A stretch of DNA of 64,000 bases from Candidatus Poribacteria bacterium (GCA_965116925.1 OZ220744.1:3648001-3712000); one strand, 5' to 3'. Numbered from the stretch's first letter, positions 10,386-21,293 are shown. Numbers and translations: made by a program. Notes: a model not told the origin generated them from the sequence alone.

Positions 10386-11924
10386 ATGTCCGACAAACGC
10401 CCAAATATCCTATTCGCTTTCGCTGACGATTGGGGAAGGTACGCCAGTGCGTATAGACAGATCGAAGGGGATAACACGCCCAATGCCCTGCTGGACACAC
10501 CGAACTTTGACCGCGTAGCACGTGAGGGTGTCCTGTTCACCAACGCTTTCGTGCCTGCACCTTCCTGTACACCGTGCCGGAGTTCTATACTTACGGGTCG
10601 CTACTTCTGGCAGACGGGACGCGGCGCAATCCTTCAAGGGGCGATCTGGGATCCGTCCATCCCCTCATATCCCTTACTGCTGGAAGAAGCGGGCTACCAT
10701 ATCGGCTACACCTATAAAGCGTGGTCGCCGGGGGTGCCGCGCGATGCCCCCTACGGCGGAGACCGGACGCGCTACGCACCGGCGGGAACGAAGTTCGGCG
10801 AGTTTTCGTTCGTTGCCACGGAAAACGTTCCTGAACACGGAGTCGAAGGTGCAAAACAAATTCTCTACGATGAATCGCGCCAAAACTTCGACGCCTTTCT
10901 GGAGGCACGTCCACCGGATACACCGTTCTGCTACTGGTGGGGTCCCACGAACACACATCGTAAATGGCAGCGCGGATCTGGCAAAGCACTCTGGGGATTG
11001 GACCCGGACGACCTGAAAGGGCGGCTGCCCGCTTTTCTGCCGGACGTGCACGATGTACGCGAGGATGTCTGTGATTACTTGGGTGAATGCCTTGCTGTAG
11101 ATGCTGGGCTCGGGGGACTTCTGGAACGCCTAGAAGAATTGGGAGAGTTGGATAATACACTAATTGTTGTGAGCGGCGATCACGGCATTCCGGGCTTCCC
11201 TCGTGGCAAGTGCAACCTATACAACCTCGGCTGCGAGGTGGCACTAGCGGCACGTTGGCCCGGACATATCCCCGCAGGTCGCACATTAAATGACTTTGTG
11301 AACCTCATGGATCTGGCACCGACCTTCATGGAAGCTGCTGGTGTTGAGCCCCACAGCGATATGACAGCTCGGAGTCTATTAAATGTGCTGACCTCATCGC
11401 AAGACGAGCAGGTGGATCCAGAACGGACGTTTGTTGTTACCGGTCGAGAGCGGCACGTCGGTACAGCACGGGAGGGAAATCTGCCTTACCCGCAACGCGC
11501 CATCCGCACGAAGGATTTTCTGTACATCCGCAACTTTACTCCCGACCGTTGGCCGATGGGTGATCCGAAGGGTTTGGACGATCCCACTGCGGAGCCGCCA
11601 TCGTTCGACGATCTGTGCGATGATACCAGACTCGTCTATCCGGACATGGATGCCAGTCCAACGAAGGCGTGGATGATCCACCACCGTGAGGAGACACAGG
11701 TGCAGAGGCTATTCGAGATCGGATTTGGGAAGTTTCCGGCGGAGGAACTCTACGATCTGCGGGTAGATCCGCACTACTTGAACAATGTAGCAGAGGATGC
11801 TCAATATAAGGAAACCCGACAACAACTCTCCGATCAACTCATGAGCGTTCTGACAGCACAGGAAGATCCGCGAGTTGTCGAGCCGGACTGCCGTTTCGAG
11901 CGTTCCCCATTCACAGACATCTAG
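10386..11924 (+). CDS. Sulfatase (Cys-type, N-sulfoglucosamine sulfohydrolase-like)
   Basis: PNILFAFADD, CTPCRSSILTGRY, GDHG, ELYDL motifs. Confidence 0.92.
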   Translation: MSDKRPNILFAFADDWGRYASAYRQIEGDNTPNALLDTPNFDRVAREGVLFTNAFVPAPSCTPCRSSILTGRYFWQTGRGAILQGAIWDPSIPSYPLLLEEAGYHIGYTYKAWSPGVPRDAPYGGDRTRYAPAGTKFGEFSFVATENVPEHGVEGAKQILYDESRQNFDAFLEARPPDTPFCYWWGPTNTHRKWQRGSGKALWGLDPDDLKGRLPAFLPDVHDVREDVCDYLGECLAVDAGLGGLLERLEELGELDNTLIVVSGDHGIPGFPRGKCNLYNLGCEVALAARWPGHIPAGRTLNDFVNLMDLAPTFMEAAGVEPHSDMTARSLLNVLTSSQDEQVDPERTFVVTGRERHVGTAREGNLPYPQRAIRTKDFLYIRNFTPDRWPMGDPKGLDDPTAEPPSFDDLCDDTRLVYPDMDASPTKAWMIHHREETQVQRLFEIGFGKFPAEELYDLRVDPHYLNNVAEDAQYKETRQQLSDQLMSVLTAQEDPRVVEPDCRFERSPFTDI

Positions 11925-11996
11925 GAACATTTGATTCTCCTGCAGGAGGGATCTCCGAATCCCGACTTCCTATTGGTTTAAGAAAGGACAAGATAT

Positions 11997-12980
11997 ATGA
12001 TTCAGATTGCAGAGATGCTTGGTCCACAACCCTCATCACTGTGGAAAATGGTCAAGCAGTGCGGCGTTGATTATGCGGTCGGCGCGATGGACACCGCGAA
12101 CGATGCGGAAGACCTACCGCTAGCGGAACGGCCGTGGGGTTACAATTCACTCTCACGGGTGAAAAAGGCTTACGAGGACGGGGGATTTGAACTCGCTGTC
12201 CTTGAGAGCCGTCCACCGTTGAACAACGCCAAGCTTGGATTGCCCGGACGTGACGAGGAAATCGAGACCGCCTGCGAACTGCTCCGCAATATGGGAAGAT
12301 TGGGCATTCCGGTTTGGTGTTATGAGTGGATGGCGGTGTTCAACTGGATGCGTACCTCCATAGAGATCCCGTCTCGCGGCGGCGCACTCGTGACGGGTTA
12401 CGACAACGAACAGATGCGCGACGAGCCAAACACTGAATTCGGCCTCGTAACTGAAGAGCAGTTGTGGGATAACCTGAAATACTTCCTTGAGCGCGTCGTG
12501 CCGGTCGCTGAGGAGGCAAATGTCAAATTGGCGATGCATCCCGACGACCCACCACTTTCTCCCATCCGGGGAATTGGTCGGATTATGCGGAGCGTTGAGA
12601 ACTATCAGCGCCTGATTGATCTGGTGCCGAGTCCGGTGAACGGGATCACGCTCTGTCAGGGCAACTTTACACTGATGACAGGCGATCTGCCGTCAGTTAT
12701 TCGCCACTTCGGAGAACAGGACAAAATCTTCTTTGTGCATCTGCGCGATGTCAGGGGAACGCCGGAACAATTCGAGGAGACCTTCCACGACGATGGCAAA
12801 ACCGATATGTTAGCGTGTCTGGAGGCATATCGGGATATTGGATTCGATGGCGTGCTGCGTCCCGATCATGTGCCAACAATGGAGGGCGATAGCAACGAAC
12901 ACGCTGGATATTCATCGCTTGGACGGTTGTTTGCCATCGGTTATATCAAGGGGCTGCGTGAATCGGTCTATAAGGACTGA
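11997..12980 (+). CDS. uxuA: Mannonate dehydratase
   Basis: [48 protein letters not shown]. Confidence 0.88.
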   Translation: MIQIAEMLGPQPSSLWKMVKQCGVDYAVGAMDTANDAEDLPLAERPWGYNSLSRVKKAYEDGGFELAVLESRPPLNNAKLGLPGRDEEIETACELLRNMGRLGIPVWCYEWMAVFNWMRTSIEIPSRGGALVTGYDNEQMRDEPNTEFGLVTEEQLWDNLKYFLERVVPVAEEANVKLAMHPDDPPLSPIRGIGRIMRSVENYQRLIDLVPSPVNGITLCQGNFTLMTGDLPSVIRHFGEQDKIFFVHLRDVRGTPEQFEETFHDDGKTDMLACLEAYRDIGFDGVLRPDHVPTMEGDSNEHAGYSSLGRLFAIGYIKGLRESVYKD

Positions 12981-13056
12981 ATTAGAAGATTTGCTGGCAC
13001 AAGATCCGTCCCGGCAATAGCGTAGCAAAAAAATTCTACTGCAAATCAGATATTCT

Positions 13057-13085
13057 TTGACAAACCGATGAATACAGGTTATAAT
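13057..13085 (+). promoter_or_regulatory. Consensus sigma70 promoter TTGACA-17-TATAAT
   Basis: Exact TTGACA 13057-13062 and TATAAT 13080-13085. Confidence 0.85.
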
Positions 13086-13097
13086 TATACCCGTGTT

Positions 13098-13116
13098 ATT
13101 GAAACTGAATCTCAAT
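13098..13116. promoter_or_regulatory. Fur-box-like operator
   Basis: ATTGAAACTGAATCTCAAT imperfect palindrome just downstream of the promoter of an iron ABC operon. Confidence 0.65.
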
Positions 13117-13163
13117 ATCAATAACATGAACATAAAATAACTGTACAATTTTCGGAGGTTACA

Positions 13164-14162
13164 ATGCTGAGATATCTGGTTGGAGTTCTAGGGTTATTCC
13201 TAACTGTGTGGACGGTCAACGCAACCGATACCAGAGAATTGGTCGTCTATTCAGGACGTAGCAAGGGTTTGGTTCACCCTATTATCAAGCAGTTTGAGAA
13301 GGAAACCGGCATCACGGTCAAGGTGCGTTACGGTAACACCGCTCAACTTGCGGTGGCTCTGTTGGAAGAGGGGGAAAAAAGCCCCGCCGATCTTTTCTGG
13401 GCGCAAGATGCAGGCGCACTCGGCGCGGTTAGTAAACACGGTTTATTTCAAGCCCTACCCGAATCTGTCCTATCGAAAGTCCCCGCCAAATTTCGCAATG
13501 CTGACGGAACGTGGACTGCAACAAGCGGTCGTGCACGGGTTCTCGCTTACGCGCCTGAACGGGTCAAGGCGGAGGAACTGCCCAACAGCATCTTCGATTT
13601 GACCGATGCGAAGTGGAAGGGGCGTGTCGGCTGGGCACCGCAGAACGCGTCATTTCAAGCCTTTGTAACGGCGATGCGTGTCCTTGAGGGAGAGGCAAAA
13701 GCGGAGGAATGGCTGCGCGGCATGAAGGCAAATGGGGCGAAAAGTTACCCGAAGAACACACCTATTATTCGGGCACTTGCCGCTGGCGAAATTGACCTCG
13801 GTTTGCCCAACCACTATTACTTGATGCGCTTCAAAAAGAGTGACTCTGGCTTTCCTGTGGAACAAGCTTTCTTCGGAGCCGGCGATGCGGGAAACCTCGT
13901 CAACGTCGCTGGAATCGGTATCCTTAAAAGCAGCAGTCACACCGAAGAGGTGAGCAGCTTTGTCGAATATTTATTATCCCCAAAAGTGCAGCAGTTCTTC
14001 ATCAGTGAGGTCTTTGAGTATCCTGTTACGGAGGCGGGCATTCCTAGCGCAAAATTGCTGCCACCGGATGAACTCATAAAACTAACACCCGAGATCAACC
14101 TAGAAAAGTTGGATGACCTAGAAGGAACCTTGAAACTGCTGCGTGAGGCAGACATTTTGTGA
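13164..14162 (+). CDS. Fe3+ ABC transporter substrate-binding protein (FbpA/AfuA/FutA family)
   Basis: Signal peptide, LVVYSGR, SPADLF, NHYY tyrosine pair, FEYP. Confidence 0.92.
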   Translation: MLRYLVGVLGLFLTVWTVNATDTRELVVYSGRSKGLVHPIIKQFEKETGITVKVRYGNTAQLAVALLEEGEKSPADLFWAQDAGALGAVSKHGLFQALPESVLSKVPAKFRNADGTWTATSGRARVLAYAPERVKAEELPNSIFDLTDAKWKGRVGWAPQNASFQAFVTAMRVLEGEAKAEEWLRGMKANGAKSYPKNTPIIRALAAGEIDLGLPNHYYLMRFKKSDSGFPVEQAFFGAGDAGNLVNVAGIGILKSSSHTEEVSSFVEYLLSPKVQQFFISEVFEYPVTEAGIPSAKLLPPDELIKLTPEINLEKLDDLEGTLKLLREADIL

Positions 14163-15751
14163 TCCATTCTGAGACGCGATCTTTTCCACCATGGTATTTC
14201 CTCGTCCCCGGAGTTGCCGTCGGGACTGGAATAGTGCTGCCACTGATTTACCTCCTTGTGCGAGCATTCGAGGCGGAAGCGGGAGAGTTGATCCAAATCG
14301 TCTTCCGCACTCGGACCGTGTATCTTTTGGGTAATACCCTCCTCCTCGTCATCGGGGTGGTTGGGACCGGCGTACTTTTAGCAGCACCGCTCGCATGGAT
14401 AACAACACGGACGGATCTCAGAGGCAAACGGATTTTTACGTTGCTTGGGGTGTTACCATTGGCAATCCCCGGTTATGTAATGGCTTACGCTTTATTGGGA
14501 TTAAGCGGTCCCCACGGAACCTTTGCCATCCTGTTTGGGCCAAGTTTTCCAAATCTCCGGGGATACTGGGGTGCTCTCATCGCCCTCAGTTTCTACACAT
14601 TTCCTTATCTCTTTCTAAACCTCCGGACGGCACTATTAGGGTTGGACCCTGCGATTGAGGAATCCGCCTATAGCCTCGGCAGCAAGTCTCAGGAGGTCTT
14701 CTTTCATGCAATCCTTCCACAACTTCGGCCCGCTCTCTATGCCGGTGGACTCTTGGTTGGATTGCATGTGCTCGGGGACTTCGGTGTGGTATCTCTGATG
14801 CGATACGAAACCTTCAGCTATGCCCTCTACGCGCAATACACCGCCGCTTTTGACCGTACCTACGCCGCGTGGCTTGCGTTGATGCTGCTTGCACTCACCG
14901 GCAGCCTGCTCTATCTCGAAGCGCGGTTGTTACGTGGGAGTCGGTTTCACCGCACGGGCAGCGGGACATCACATCAAGCCAACTTAATCTTTCTGGGTAT
15001 CTGGAGGATACCTACCTACGTTTATCTCGGTATTTTGACGCTCGCCAGCGTGGTTGCCCCGATTGTAACAATCAGCTTTTGGACGCTGCAGGGGGTGGAT
15101 GATTCATATATGCAGGATTTCTTCCAAGCACTCTCTGGCTCTCTGCTGGTATCAACCCCCGCGGCTTTCCTCACCGCTGCTTTGGCAGTGCCCTTAGCCT
15201 ATTTAGGTGTGCGATATTCATCTTTGATCTGCCGTACATTAGAACGTGGTGCATATATCGGTTATGCGACACCGCCGTTAGCGTTCGCACTCGCGCTCAT
15301 CTTCTTTTTTCGGGGAGTGCCGGTGATTTATCAGACTATTTGGATCTTGATCTACGCCTATACTGTACATTTTCTCGCAGAGGCGATCGGTCCCGTCCGC
15401 AGTGCACTCTATCAAGCCTCTCCCCGTTTGGAGGAAGCTGCCAGATCACTCGGCTATCGCCCTCTCAAAGCGTTTTTCAAAGCCACCTTTCCACTGTTGC
15501 GCAGCGGGGTTATTGTCAGCATCGCTTTCGTTTTTCTCGCAGCAATGAAGGAACTTCCGCTGACCTTCCTGCTTTCGCCCGCAGGATATGAGACCTTGGC
15601 GGTGAACGTCTGGAGCTACACAACGGAAGCGATGTTCGCTGAAGGAGCACGGTATGCACTCACAATTGTGCTCTGCTCCGCGCTATTTGTAGGTCTGTTG
15701 TTAATGAAAAACGTGAGAGTATCACATGAAGGTGTAGAAGCACAAACATAA
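14159..15751 (+). CDS. Fe3+ ABC transporter permease
   Basis: Two TM halves with EESA/EEAARSLG loops; MKELPLT. Confidence 0.92.
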   Translation: MIHSETRSFPPWYFLVPGVAVGTGIVLPLIYLLVRAFEAEAGELIQIVFRTRTVYLLGNTLLLVIGVVGTGVLLAAPLAWITTRTDLRGKRIFTLLGVLPLAIPGYVMAYALLGLSGPHGTFAILFGPSFPNLRGYWGALIALSFYTFPYLFLNLRTALLGLDPAIEESAYSLGSKSQEVFFHAILPQLRPALYAGGLLVGLHVLGDFGVVSLMRYETFSYALYAQYTAAFDRTYAAWLALMLLALTGSLLYLEARLLRGSRFHRTGSGTSHQANLIFLGIWRIPTYVYLGILTLASVVAPIVTISFWTLQGVDDSYMQDFFQALSGSLLVSTPAAFLTAALAVPLAYLGVRYSSLICRTLERGAYIGYATPPLAFALALIFFFRGVPVIYQTIWILIYAYTVHFLAEAIGPVRSALYQASPRLEEAARSLGYRPLKAFFKATFPLLRSGVIVSIAFVFLAAMKELPLTFLLSPAGYETLAVNVWSYTTEAMFAEGARYALTIVLCSALFVGLLLMKNVRVSHEGVEAQT

Positions 15752-15802
15752 TTAGCAAATGGACGAAATGAGAAAAAAGAGGTCCAGGATTCTAATGAGT
15801 CG

Positions 15803-15828
15803 TTCACGTTTTACGTTTCACGTTTCAT
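15803..15828. repeat. Heptamer tandem repeat (TTTCACG-type)
   Basis: ttcacg ttttacg tttcacg tttcat; similar runs at ~10020 (reverse) and ~18755. Confidence 0.6.
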
Positions 15829-15867
15829 ATCTTGCACCTCGCATTGCACGGAATTGAAGGAGTTGTA

Positions 15868-16926
15868 ATGCAGCCTCTACTTAGTATCCGCAATATCACC
15901 AAACGATTCGCTCGTAACCTAGCCCCGGTGGTTGAAGACCTCTCTTTTGAAGTCCACACCGGCGAAATTTTTGCCCTTTTGGGACCGAGCGGCTGCGGAA
16001 AAACAACCACACTACGCCTGATTGCCGGATTTGAACGCACTGATGCGGGAGAGATTTACGTGGACGGACAATGCTTTGAAGGGGCTAAAACCCACCTACC
16101 ACCCGAATCACGGGGCATTGGGATTGTTTTCCAAGAGTACGCGCTCTTTCCTCACCTTAACGTGTCGCAGAATGTCGCTTTTGGACTCAAGAAGCTGCCC
16201 CCAAAATTGCGCGATGCGCGCGTCATGACAGTGTTAGAGATGGTGGGGATGACCCCATTCAAAAATCGAAAGCCGTACGAACTTTCCGGTGGGCAGCAGC
16301 AGCGGGTGGCACTCGCTCGCTCAATTGCCCCAAGCCCCAAACTCATCCTGCTGGACGAACCGTTTTCCAACCTTGATGCCGGTATGCGTCAATCTACACG
16401 CGAGGAGATCCGAACCCTCTTGAAGGAGGCGGGGATGAGTGCGGTGTTTGTCACGCATGATCAGGAGGAAGCCCTCTGCTTCGCAGACAGGTTGGCGGTC
16501 ATGCAGGAGGGGCGTATTGAGCAGATCGGTATACCTGAAACAGTTTACCACCGTCCACAAACACCTTTTGTGGCAGACTTTTTGGGAACCACCAACCTAA
16601 TCGACGGTGAAGCCAAAGGAAACTGTGCTGAGACGCCCTTGGGCAAATTTCGGATTGCACCATCCGCGCGGGGTAGGGTCCTCCTCTCGATTCGTCCAGA
16701 GCATTTGGTGATGATTGAACCGGACGGGACAGGTCAAAATAGCGGTGTCGGCGAAATTATCATGCGTGATTTTAAGGGGCATGATCTGACCTATCGCGTG
16801 AGGGTTGGGACAAGGCATTATGTCGTACAGACCGACTACTGCTGTCCACTTCAAGTGGGTGCTCGGGTGACGCTTCAAGCCGTTGAGCCTGCGGTAGTTG
16901 TTAAGCAAAATGAACCGCTGCTATAA
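15868..16926 (+). CDS. Fe3+ ABC transporter ATP-binding protein
   Basis: GPSGCGKT, LSGGQQQR, LLDEP; TOBE-like C-terminus; AAGGAG RBS. Confidence 0.92.
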   Translation: MQPLLSIRNITKRFARNLAPVVEDLSFEVHTGEIFALLGPSGCGKTTTLRLIAGFERTDAGEIYVDGQCFEGAKTHLPPESRGIGIVFQEYALFPHLNVSQNVAFGLKKLPPKLRDARVMTVLEMVGMTPFKNRKPYELSGGQQQRVALARSIAPSPKLILLDEPFSNLDAGMRQSTREEIRTLLKEAGMSAVFVTHDQEEALCFADRLAVMQEGRIEQIGIPETVYHRPQTPFVADFLGTTNLIDGEAKGNCAETPLGKFRIAPSARGRVLLSIRPEHLVMIEPDGTGQNSGVGEIIMRDFKGHDLTYRVRVGTRHYVVQTDYCCPLQVGARVTLQAVEPAVVVKQNEPLL

Positions 16927-16945
16927 CTGGAAGAAAGCATAGAAA

Positions 16946-17629
16946 GTGCCCAAAAAGACAGTGCACCGCCGAACAGTGGAAGCTGCTACAAATCCTTTGC
17001 CTACCTATTCACTCCGTTTCAGACTCTACGCTATCACTGACCGGCAAATCTGTGCGCCCCGGACGCTGTACGACACCATCCATGCTCTCTTAGATGCAGG
17101 GGTGTCCGCCATCCAACTCAGGGAAAAAGATCTGAGCGATGCCGAGTATATCAAATTAGCTGAACCCCTCTGCAAGCTGTGTCACGTCTATTCCGCCCAA
17201 CTGTTTATTAACTCACGTATTGAGATAGCTACGGAGATCGGGGCAGATGGTCTCCATCTGCCGGGAGACTCAGCGTCCGTAAAAAAAGTGATCGAGGAGA
17301 CGAACCGTCGCTTTATCATTGGCGTCTCCGTCCACACGTTAGCTGAAGCGAAGCAGCGGGAAATCGAAGGTGCGGATTTTATCACCTATAGTCCAATCTA
17401 CCCGACGCTCAGTAAGCCGGGCTACGGTCCCGTTGTTGGTGTGGAGGGGCTGCGGAAAGTTACAGAGAAAGTCAACATACCTGTCTTTGCGTTGGGTGGA
17501 ATAACCCCTGAACGGGTTTCGGAATGTCTTGATGCCGGTGCTTATGGGGTTGCGGTGATGTCTGGGGTGATGTCACCGGAGGACGGCGTGCAGCAGGCGA
17601 AGGTGTATCTACAACAGCTACTGAAATAA
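16946..17629 (+). CDS. thiE: Thiamine-phosphate synthase
   Basis: LYAITD, IQLREK, GVSVH, PTLSKPG, ALGGIT; a TenI-like paralogue is not excluded. Confidence 0.8.
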   Translation: MPKKTVHRRTVEAATNPLPTYSLRFRLYAITDRQICAPRTLYDTIHALLDAGVSAIQLREKDLSDAEYIKLAEPLCKLCHVYSAQLFINSRIEIATEIGADGLHLPGDSASVKKVIEETNRRFIIGVSVHTLAEAKQREIEGADFITYSPIYPTLSKPGYGPVVGVEGLRKVTEKVNIPVFALGGITPERVSECLDAGAYGVAVMSGVMSPEDGVQQAKVYLQQLLK

Positions 17630-17645
17630 CGACGGGAGTTCCCAC

Positions 17646-18434
17646 ATGAAACAGATTTTGACGATTGCTGGCTCAGATTCAGGGGGAGGTGCAGGGATTC
17701 AAGCTGACCTCAAATCCATCCACGCCAACGGCGGTTATGGGCTATCCGTCATCACGTCAGTTACGGCACAGAATACACGCGAAGTAACCCGCGCCTCTGA
17801 CCTACCAACGGATCTCATTGACGCACAGATCGACGCTATCTTCTCAGATTTTGATGTCGCAGCAGTCAAGACAGGGATGCTATCGTCGGTCGAAATTGTC
17901 AGGGCTGTTGCAAAGAAATTGCGCCAGTATTCGCCGAGTAATATCGTGATTGATCCGGTAACCCTTTCCAAAAGTAAGTACCCCTTACTCAAACCAGATG
18001 CCGTTGAGCGTTTGAAAATGGAATTGCTGCCGCTTGCAGCAGTCGTCATGCCCAACGTTGATGAAGCCGAACTGCTCGCTGAACGTGAAATCCGAACAAT
18101 CGATGATGCAAAGGTGGCAGCGAAAATAATTCAAGGATATGGATGCCAGAGCGTGCTGGTCAAAGGGGGACATCTCTCAGGGGAAAAATCGACCGATGTG
18201 CTGTACGTTGATGGGGCTTTCACCCTCTTTGAGGCAGAGCGGATTGAAACAAAGAACACGCATGGCACAGGCTGCACCTACTCCGCAGCAATCGCCACGC
18301 ACCTAGGACTTGGAAAAGACCTCATCGCTGCCATTCAGTCCGCGAAGGAGTACATCACAAACGCTATCCGTTATTCTCTCGACATTGGGAGAGGACACGG
18401 ACCTACCAATCACTTCTACTTTTTGAATAGGTAA
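17646..18434 (+). CDS. thiD: Hydroxymethylpyrimidine/phosphomethylpyrimidine kinase
   Basis: LTIAGSDSGGGAGIQAD, KGGH, NTHGTGCT. Confidence 0.95.
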   Translation: MKQILTIAGSDSGGGAGIQADLKSIHANGGYGLSVITSVTAQNTREVTRASDLPTDLIDAQIDAIFSDFDVAAVKTGMLSSVEIVRAVAKKLRQYSPSNIVIDPVTLSKSKYPLLKPDAVERLKMELLPLAAVVMPNVDEAELLAEREIRTIDDAKVAAKIIQGYGCQSVLVKGGHLSGEKSTDVLYVDGAFTLFEAERIETKNTHGTGCTYSAAIATHLGLGKDLIAAIQSAKEYITNAIRYSLDIGRGHGPTNHFYFLNR

Positions 18435-18448
18435 TATAACGCAAGCTG

Positions 18449-18549
18449 CTAGTACTCAGTCATATAAGTTTTGCATATCAACAAGGGGGTCGGGTGACCC
18501 GACCCCTACGAAGTATTATGAGTCTCAATCCATATTGACAGTGTACTAG
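18449..18549. mobile_element. CTAG-anchored MITE with REP hairpin (internally shortened copy)
   Basis: CTAGTACTCAGTCA...TGACAGTGTACTAG with GGGGTCGGGTGACCCGACCCCTAC. Confidence 0.75.
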
Positions 18550-18654
18550 TAACCTTTGGTGCTAGCTAGTGAGAAAGTCGTTTCCACATTGTTCAAGAGT
18601 TCATTGATTGATTAGTTGGTTGGTTCATCCATTCTTCTCGCGTTCCACCCTTCG

Positions 18655-18735
18655 GATACACATGTCGCCCTTCTGGGGCTTTAGGGTATTTGTTTATTCC
18701 GTGTGCTATAAACATGTCGCCCCTCTGGGGCTAAA
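18655..18735. repeat. Tandem pair of ACATGTCGCCCC(T/G)CTGGGGCT REP-like repeats
   Basis: Two copies here and two at ~53810-53885. Confidence 0.7.
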
Positions 18736-18975
18736 TGAAGTGCTGAACCGATGGTTTTCACGTTTCACGCATCACGTTATCAACAGCTGCAAACTAGCAC
18801 CGTTGATTAGTAGTAGGCATATTTGTATACGTAATCGCTATGCAAATTACAGCACGGTACCCTACGGGTTGGGGAACCCAACCTCTACGGAGGTAAAGAT
18901 ATGCACCTTTGTCAATCGTAGGGGCGAGGTTCCCTCGCCCGTTTCCATTTGCCCACACATTTATCAGATGAGGAG

Positions 18976-21123
18976 ATGGCAACATTGAATCAACCTAAAC
19001 TTTTCGAGGCACTCAAACCCAATACCATCGTCACTATTGCAGGGGTTGGCTACCGTGATGGCATACCCGCTAAGGACGCAGATATAGGCTGGCCTATGGG
19101 TGTGGTGCGCCGTCCCGATGGCGACCTGATTGTTGCCGATATCCGCGCCCACCGCATCTGGCGTATAGATCAAGACGGCATCTTACACACCTTCGCAGGT
19201 GACGGTGTGCCGGGAATTTCAGGTGATGGGGGGGCCGCCATCAATGCCCGCGTGTACACCCCACACGATTTCTGCCTCGACAAAGCGGGCAACCTTTTCT
19301 TTTCCGAACTAGGTGCGAGAGGTCCCGACGAAGGGGCTAATACGATCCGTCGTATCGATTACAAGACCGGCATCATCACCCGCGTAGTTGGGGCAGGAGT
19401 GATGGGGCGCGGCGGAGATGGCGGTCCGGCGCTAGGGGCTGAGTTTGACACGACAACCGGTGTGGCGGTTGACACCCAGGGGAATATCTTTGTGTGCGGC
19501 AAATGGGATAGCAATGTACGGCGAGTCGATGCAAAGACCGGCATTATCCAGACCTTTGCAGGTCAGAACACCCGTTACTATCCATTGGAGCAGGGACTGA
19601 GTCGCCCTTACAGCGGTGCCAACTACACCCTTGCCGGATTTCATGGCGATGGTGGACCCGCATCAGCGGCAGCGTTCGGATTTCCTGAACACTTGGCATT
19701 CGACTCCAAAGGCGATCTCTACGTCTGCGACAACGGAAACAACCGGATTCGCAAGATTAATATGCGGACCGGAATAATTACAACCGTTCTCGGCACAGGT
19801 CAAGCGGCGTCCAACGGCGATGGAGGTCTCGCAGTTGAAGCGAGCACACATACGCCGGACGCCATTTTCATTGATTGCCACGATAACCTTTATGTCGGTG
19901 AGGTAGGTGGCTTTAGGGTGCGTAAGGTGGATGCCCAAACCGGTGTTGTGACGACGCTCGTGGGTACAGGCATCCCCGGCTGGGGAGAAGAGGGCACCCC
20001 CGGATCCGAAACGAAGTGCAATCCCATCGAATCCGGCATCTGGGCTGATCCCGATGGCACGGTTTTCTACAGCGATTCTTCAGGGCGTTTACGCCGGATT
20101 GACCCACAGACCGGCATCGTGACGACCGTTTTGGGTGGCGACAGCATCCGTGATGGTAGTCCATCGACTAAGGCGTTCCTCTCCTGTCCGAGGGGGATTT
20201 GTGTGGGACCCGACGGGCATATCTACTTTGCCGATATGCAGAGTGATCGGATACGAGCGATTGATCCATCCACCGGAATTATCCGAACCGTTGCCGGTAG
20301 CGGCGGCAGAGCTTATGGCGGTGACAACGGTCCTGCGATTGAAGCATATTTCTTGAATCCTTATGATGTGTCGGTGGATAGGGGCGGCCGCGTTGTAATA
20401 GCCGATACGCTGAATGGACGGGTACGGCGGGTGGATACGAACAGCGTAATCCATACAGTGGCTGGAACAGGCGAAAGCGCAGATCGGGGGGATGGTGGAC
20501 CCGCTGCAGGGGCTGGACTGACCGTTGTTTGGTCGGTCACGCATGGACCCGATGGAGATATCTATCTGGGGGACGCTGCCGGTCGGATTCGTAGGATTGA
20601 CGCTGATACAGGACGTATCAGCACAGTAGCGGGGATTGGCATTCAAGGCTACACCGGGGACGGAGGTCCCGCAACAGAAGCACGAATCGGCAGCCCATCG
20701 GCACTTAGGTTTGATGCAAAGGGAGATCTCTATTTTTCCGACCTCACTCAGCACGTTGTGCGCCGGGTGGACATCAACGGTATTATCACAACCGTTGTGG
20801 GTTGCGGTGAGGCTGGGTTTTCCCCCGACGGTACGCTTGCCCTAGAGGCACAACTCCACAAGCCGTTGGGATTGGCGGTCACCGGGGACGGGGGTGTGTA
20901 CTTCTCCGATTCGCGCAACAATCGGGTGCGTCGGGTCGCCCCCGATGGCACGCTGCAAACGGTTGCCGGCAGCGATACACCGGGCGACGCAGGAGACGGA
21001 GGACCTGCCACCGAAGCTAGCTTGAACGAACCGCATGGACTCTGTTTCTATGGGGAGGATATACTGTTGATTTGTGATCACTACAACAGTCGCATCAAGG
21101 CGGTGAAACTCTCGAAACCGTGA
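18976..21123 (+). CDS. NHL-repeat (teneurin-like) beta-propeller protein
   Basis: Many units of GDGGPA...P..vavD..G.lY.aD..N.RIRRID..G.I.TvAG. Confidence 0.88.
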   Translation: MATLNQPKLFEALKPNTIVTIAGVGYRDGIPAKDADIGWPMGVVRRPDGDLIVADIRAHRIWRIDQDGILHTFAGDGVPGISGDGGAAINARVYTPHDFCLDKAGNLFFSELGARGPDEGANTIRRIDYKTGIITRVVGAGVMGRGGDGGPALGAEFDTTTGVAVDTQGNIFVCGKWDSNVRRVDAKTGIIQTFAGQNTRYYPLEQGLSRPYSGANYTLAGFHGDGGPASAAAFGFPEHLAFDSKGDLYVCDNGNNRIRKINMRTGIITTVLGTGQAASNGDGGLAVEASTHTPDAIFIDCHDNLYVGEVGGFRVRKVDAQTGVVTTLVGTGIPGWGEEGTPGSETKCNPIESGIWADPDGTVFYSDSSGRLRRIDPQTGIVTTVLGGDSIRDGSPSTKAFLSCPRGICVGPDGHIYFADMQSDRIRAIDPSTGIIRTVAGSGGRAYGGDNGPAIEAYFLNPYDVSVDRGGRVVIADTLNGRVRRVDTNSVIHTVAGTGESADRGDGGPAAGAGLTVVWSVTHGPDGDIYLGDAAGRIRRIDADTGRISTVAGIGIQGYTGDGGPATEARIGSPSALRFDAKGDLYFSDLTQHVVRRVDINGIITTVVGCGEAGFSPDGTLALEAQLHKPLGLAVTGDGGVYFSDSRNNRVRRVAPDGTLQTVAGSDTPGDAGDGGPATEASLNEPHGLCFYGEDILLICDHYNSRIKAVKLSKP

Positions 21124-21165
21124 GTCTTATGCTTCTAGCCCGAGACACTTCTCCTAAAGAGGGAT

Positions 21166-21273
21166 TATAGTAGATTTCGGAATTAATGAAACACTCCAAA
21201 TCGGCGCAGTTGGAAACAGCGCCTACCAAACATGGGGAGCGAAAGTGTCTATTTATTTTTTGAATTCACTATA
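21166..21273. mobile_element. TA-flanked ~105-bp MITE (IS630-like ends)
   Basis: TATAGTAGATT...GAATTCACTATA with internal GGCGCAGTTGGAAACAGCGCCTAC hairpin; copies at 29771, 36760, 51669. Confidence 0.78.
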
Positions 21274-21293
21274 GTTCCAGCCTTGCTAGTTTT

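Noticed and set aside
16927..16945. TPP riboswitch upstream of thiE; tRNA/rRNA anywhere in the window
   Set aside because: No space or conserved motif for the riboswitch; no tRNA or rRNA signatures recognised by eye.
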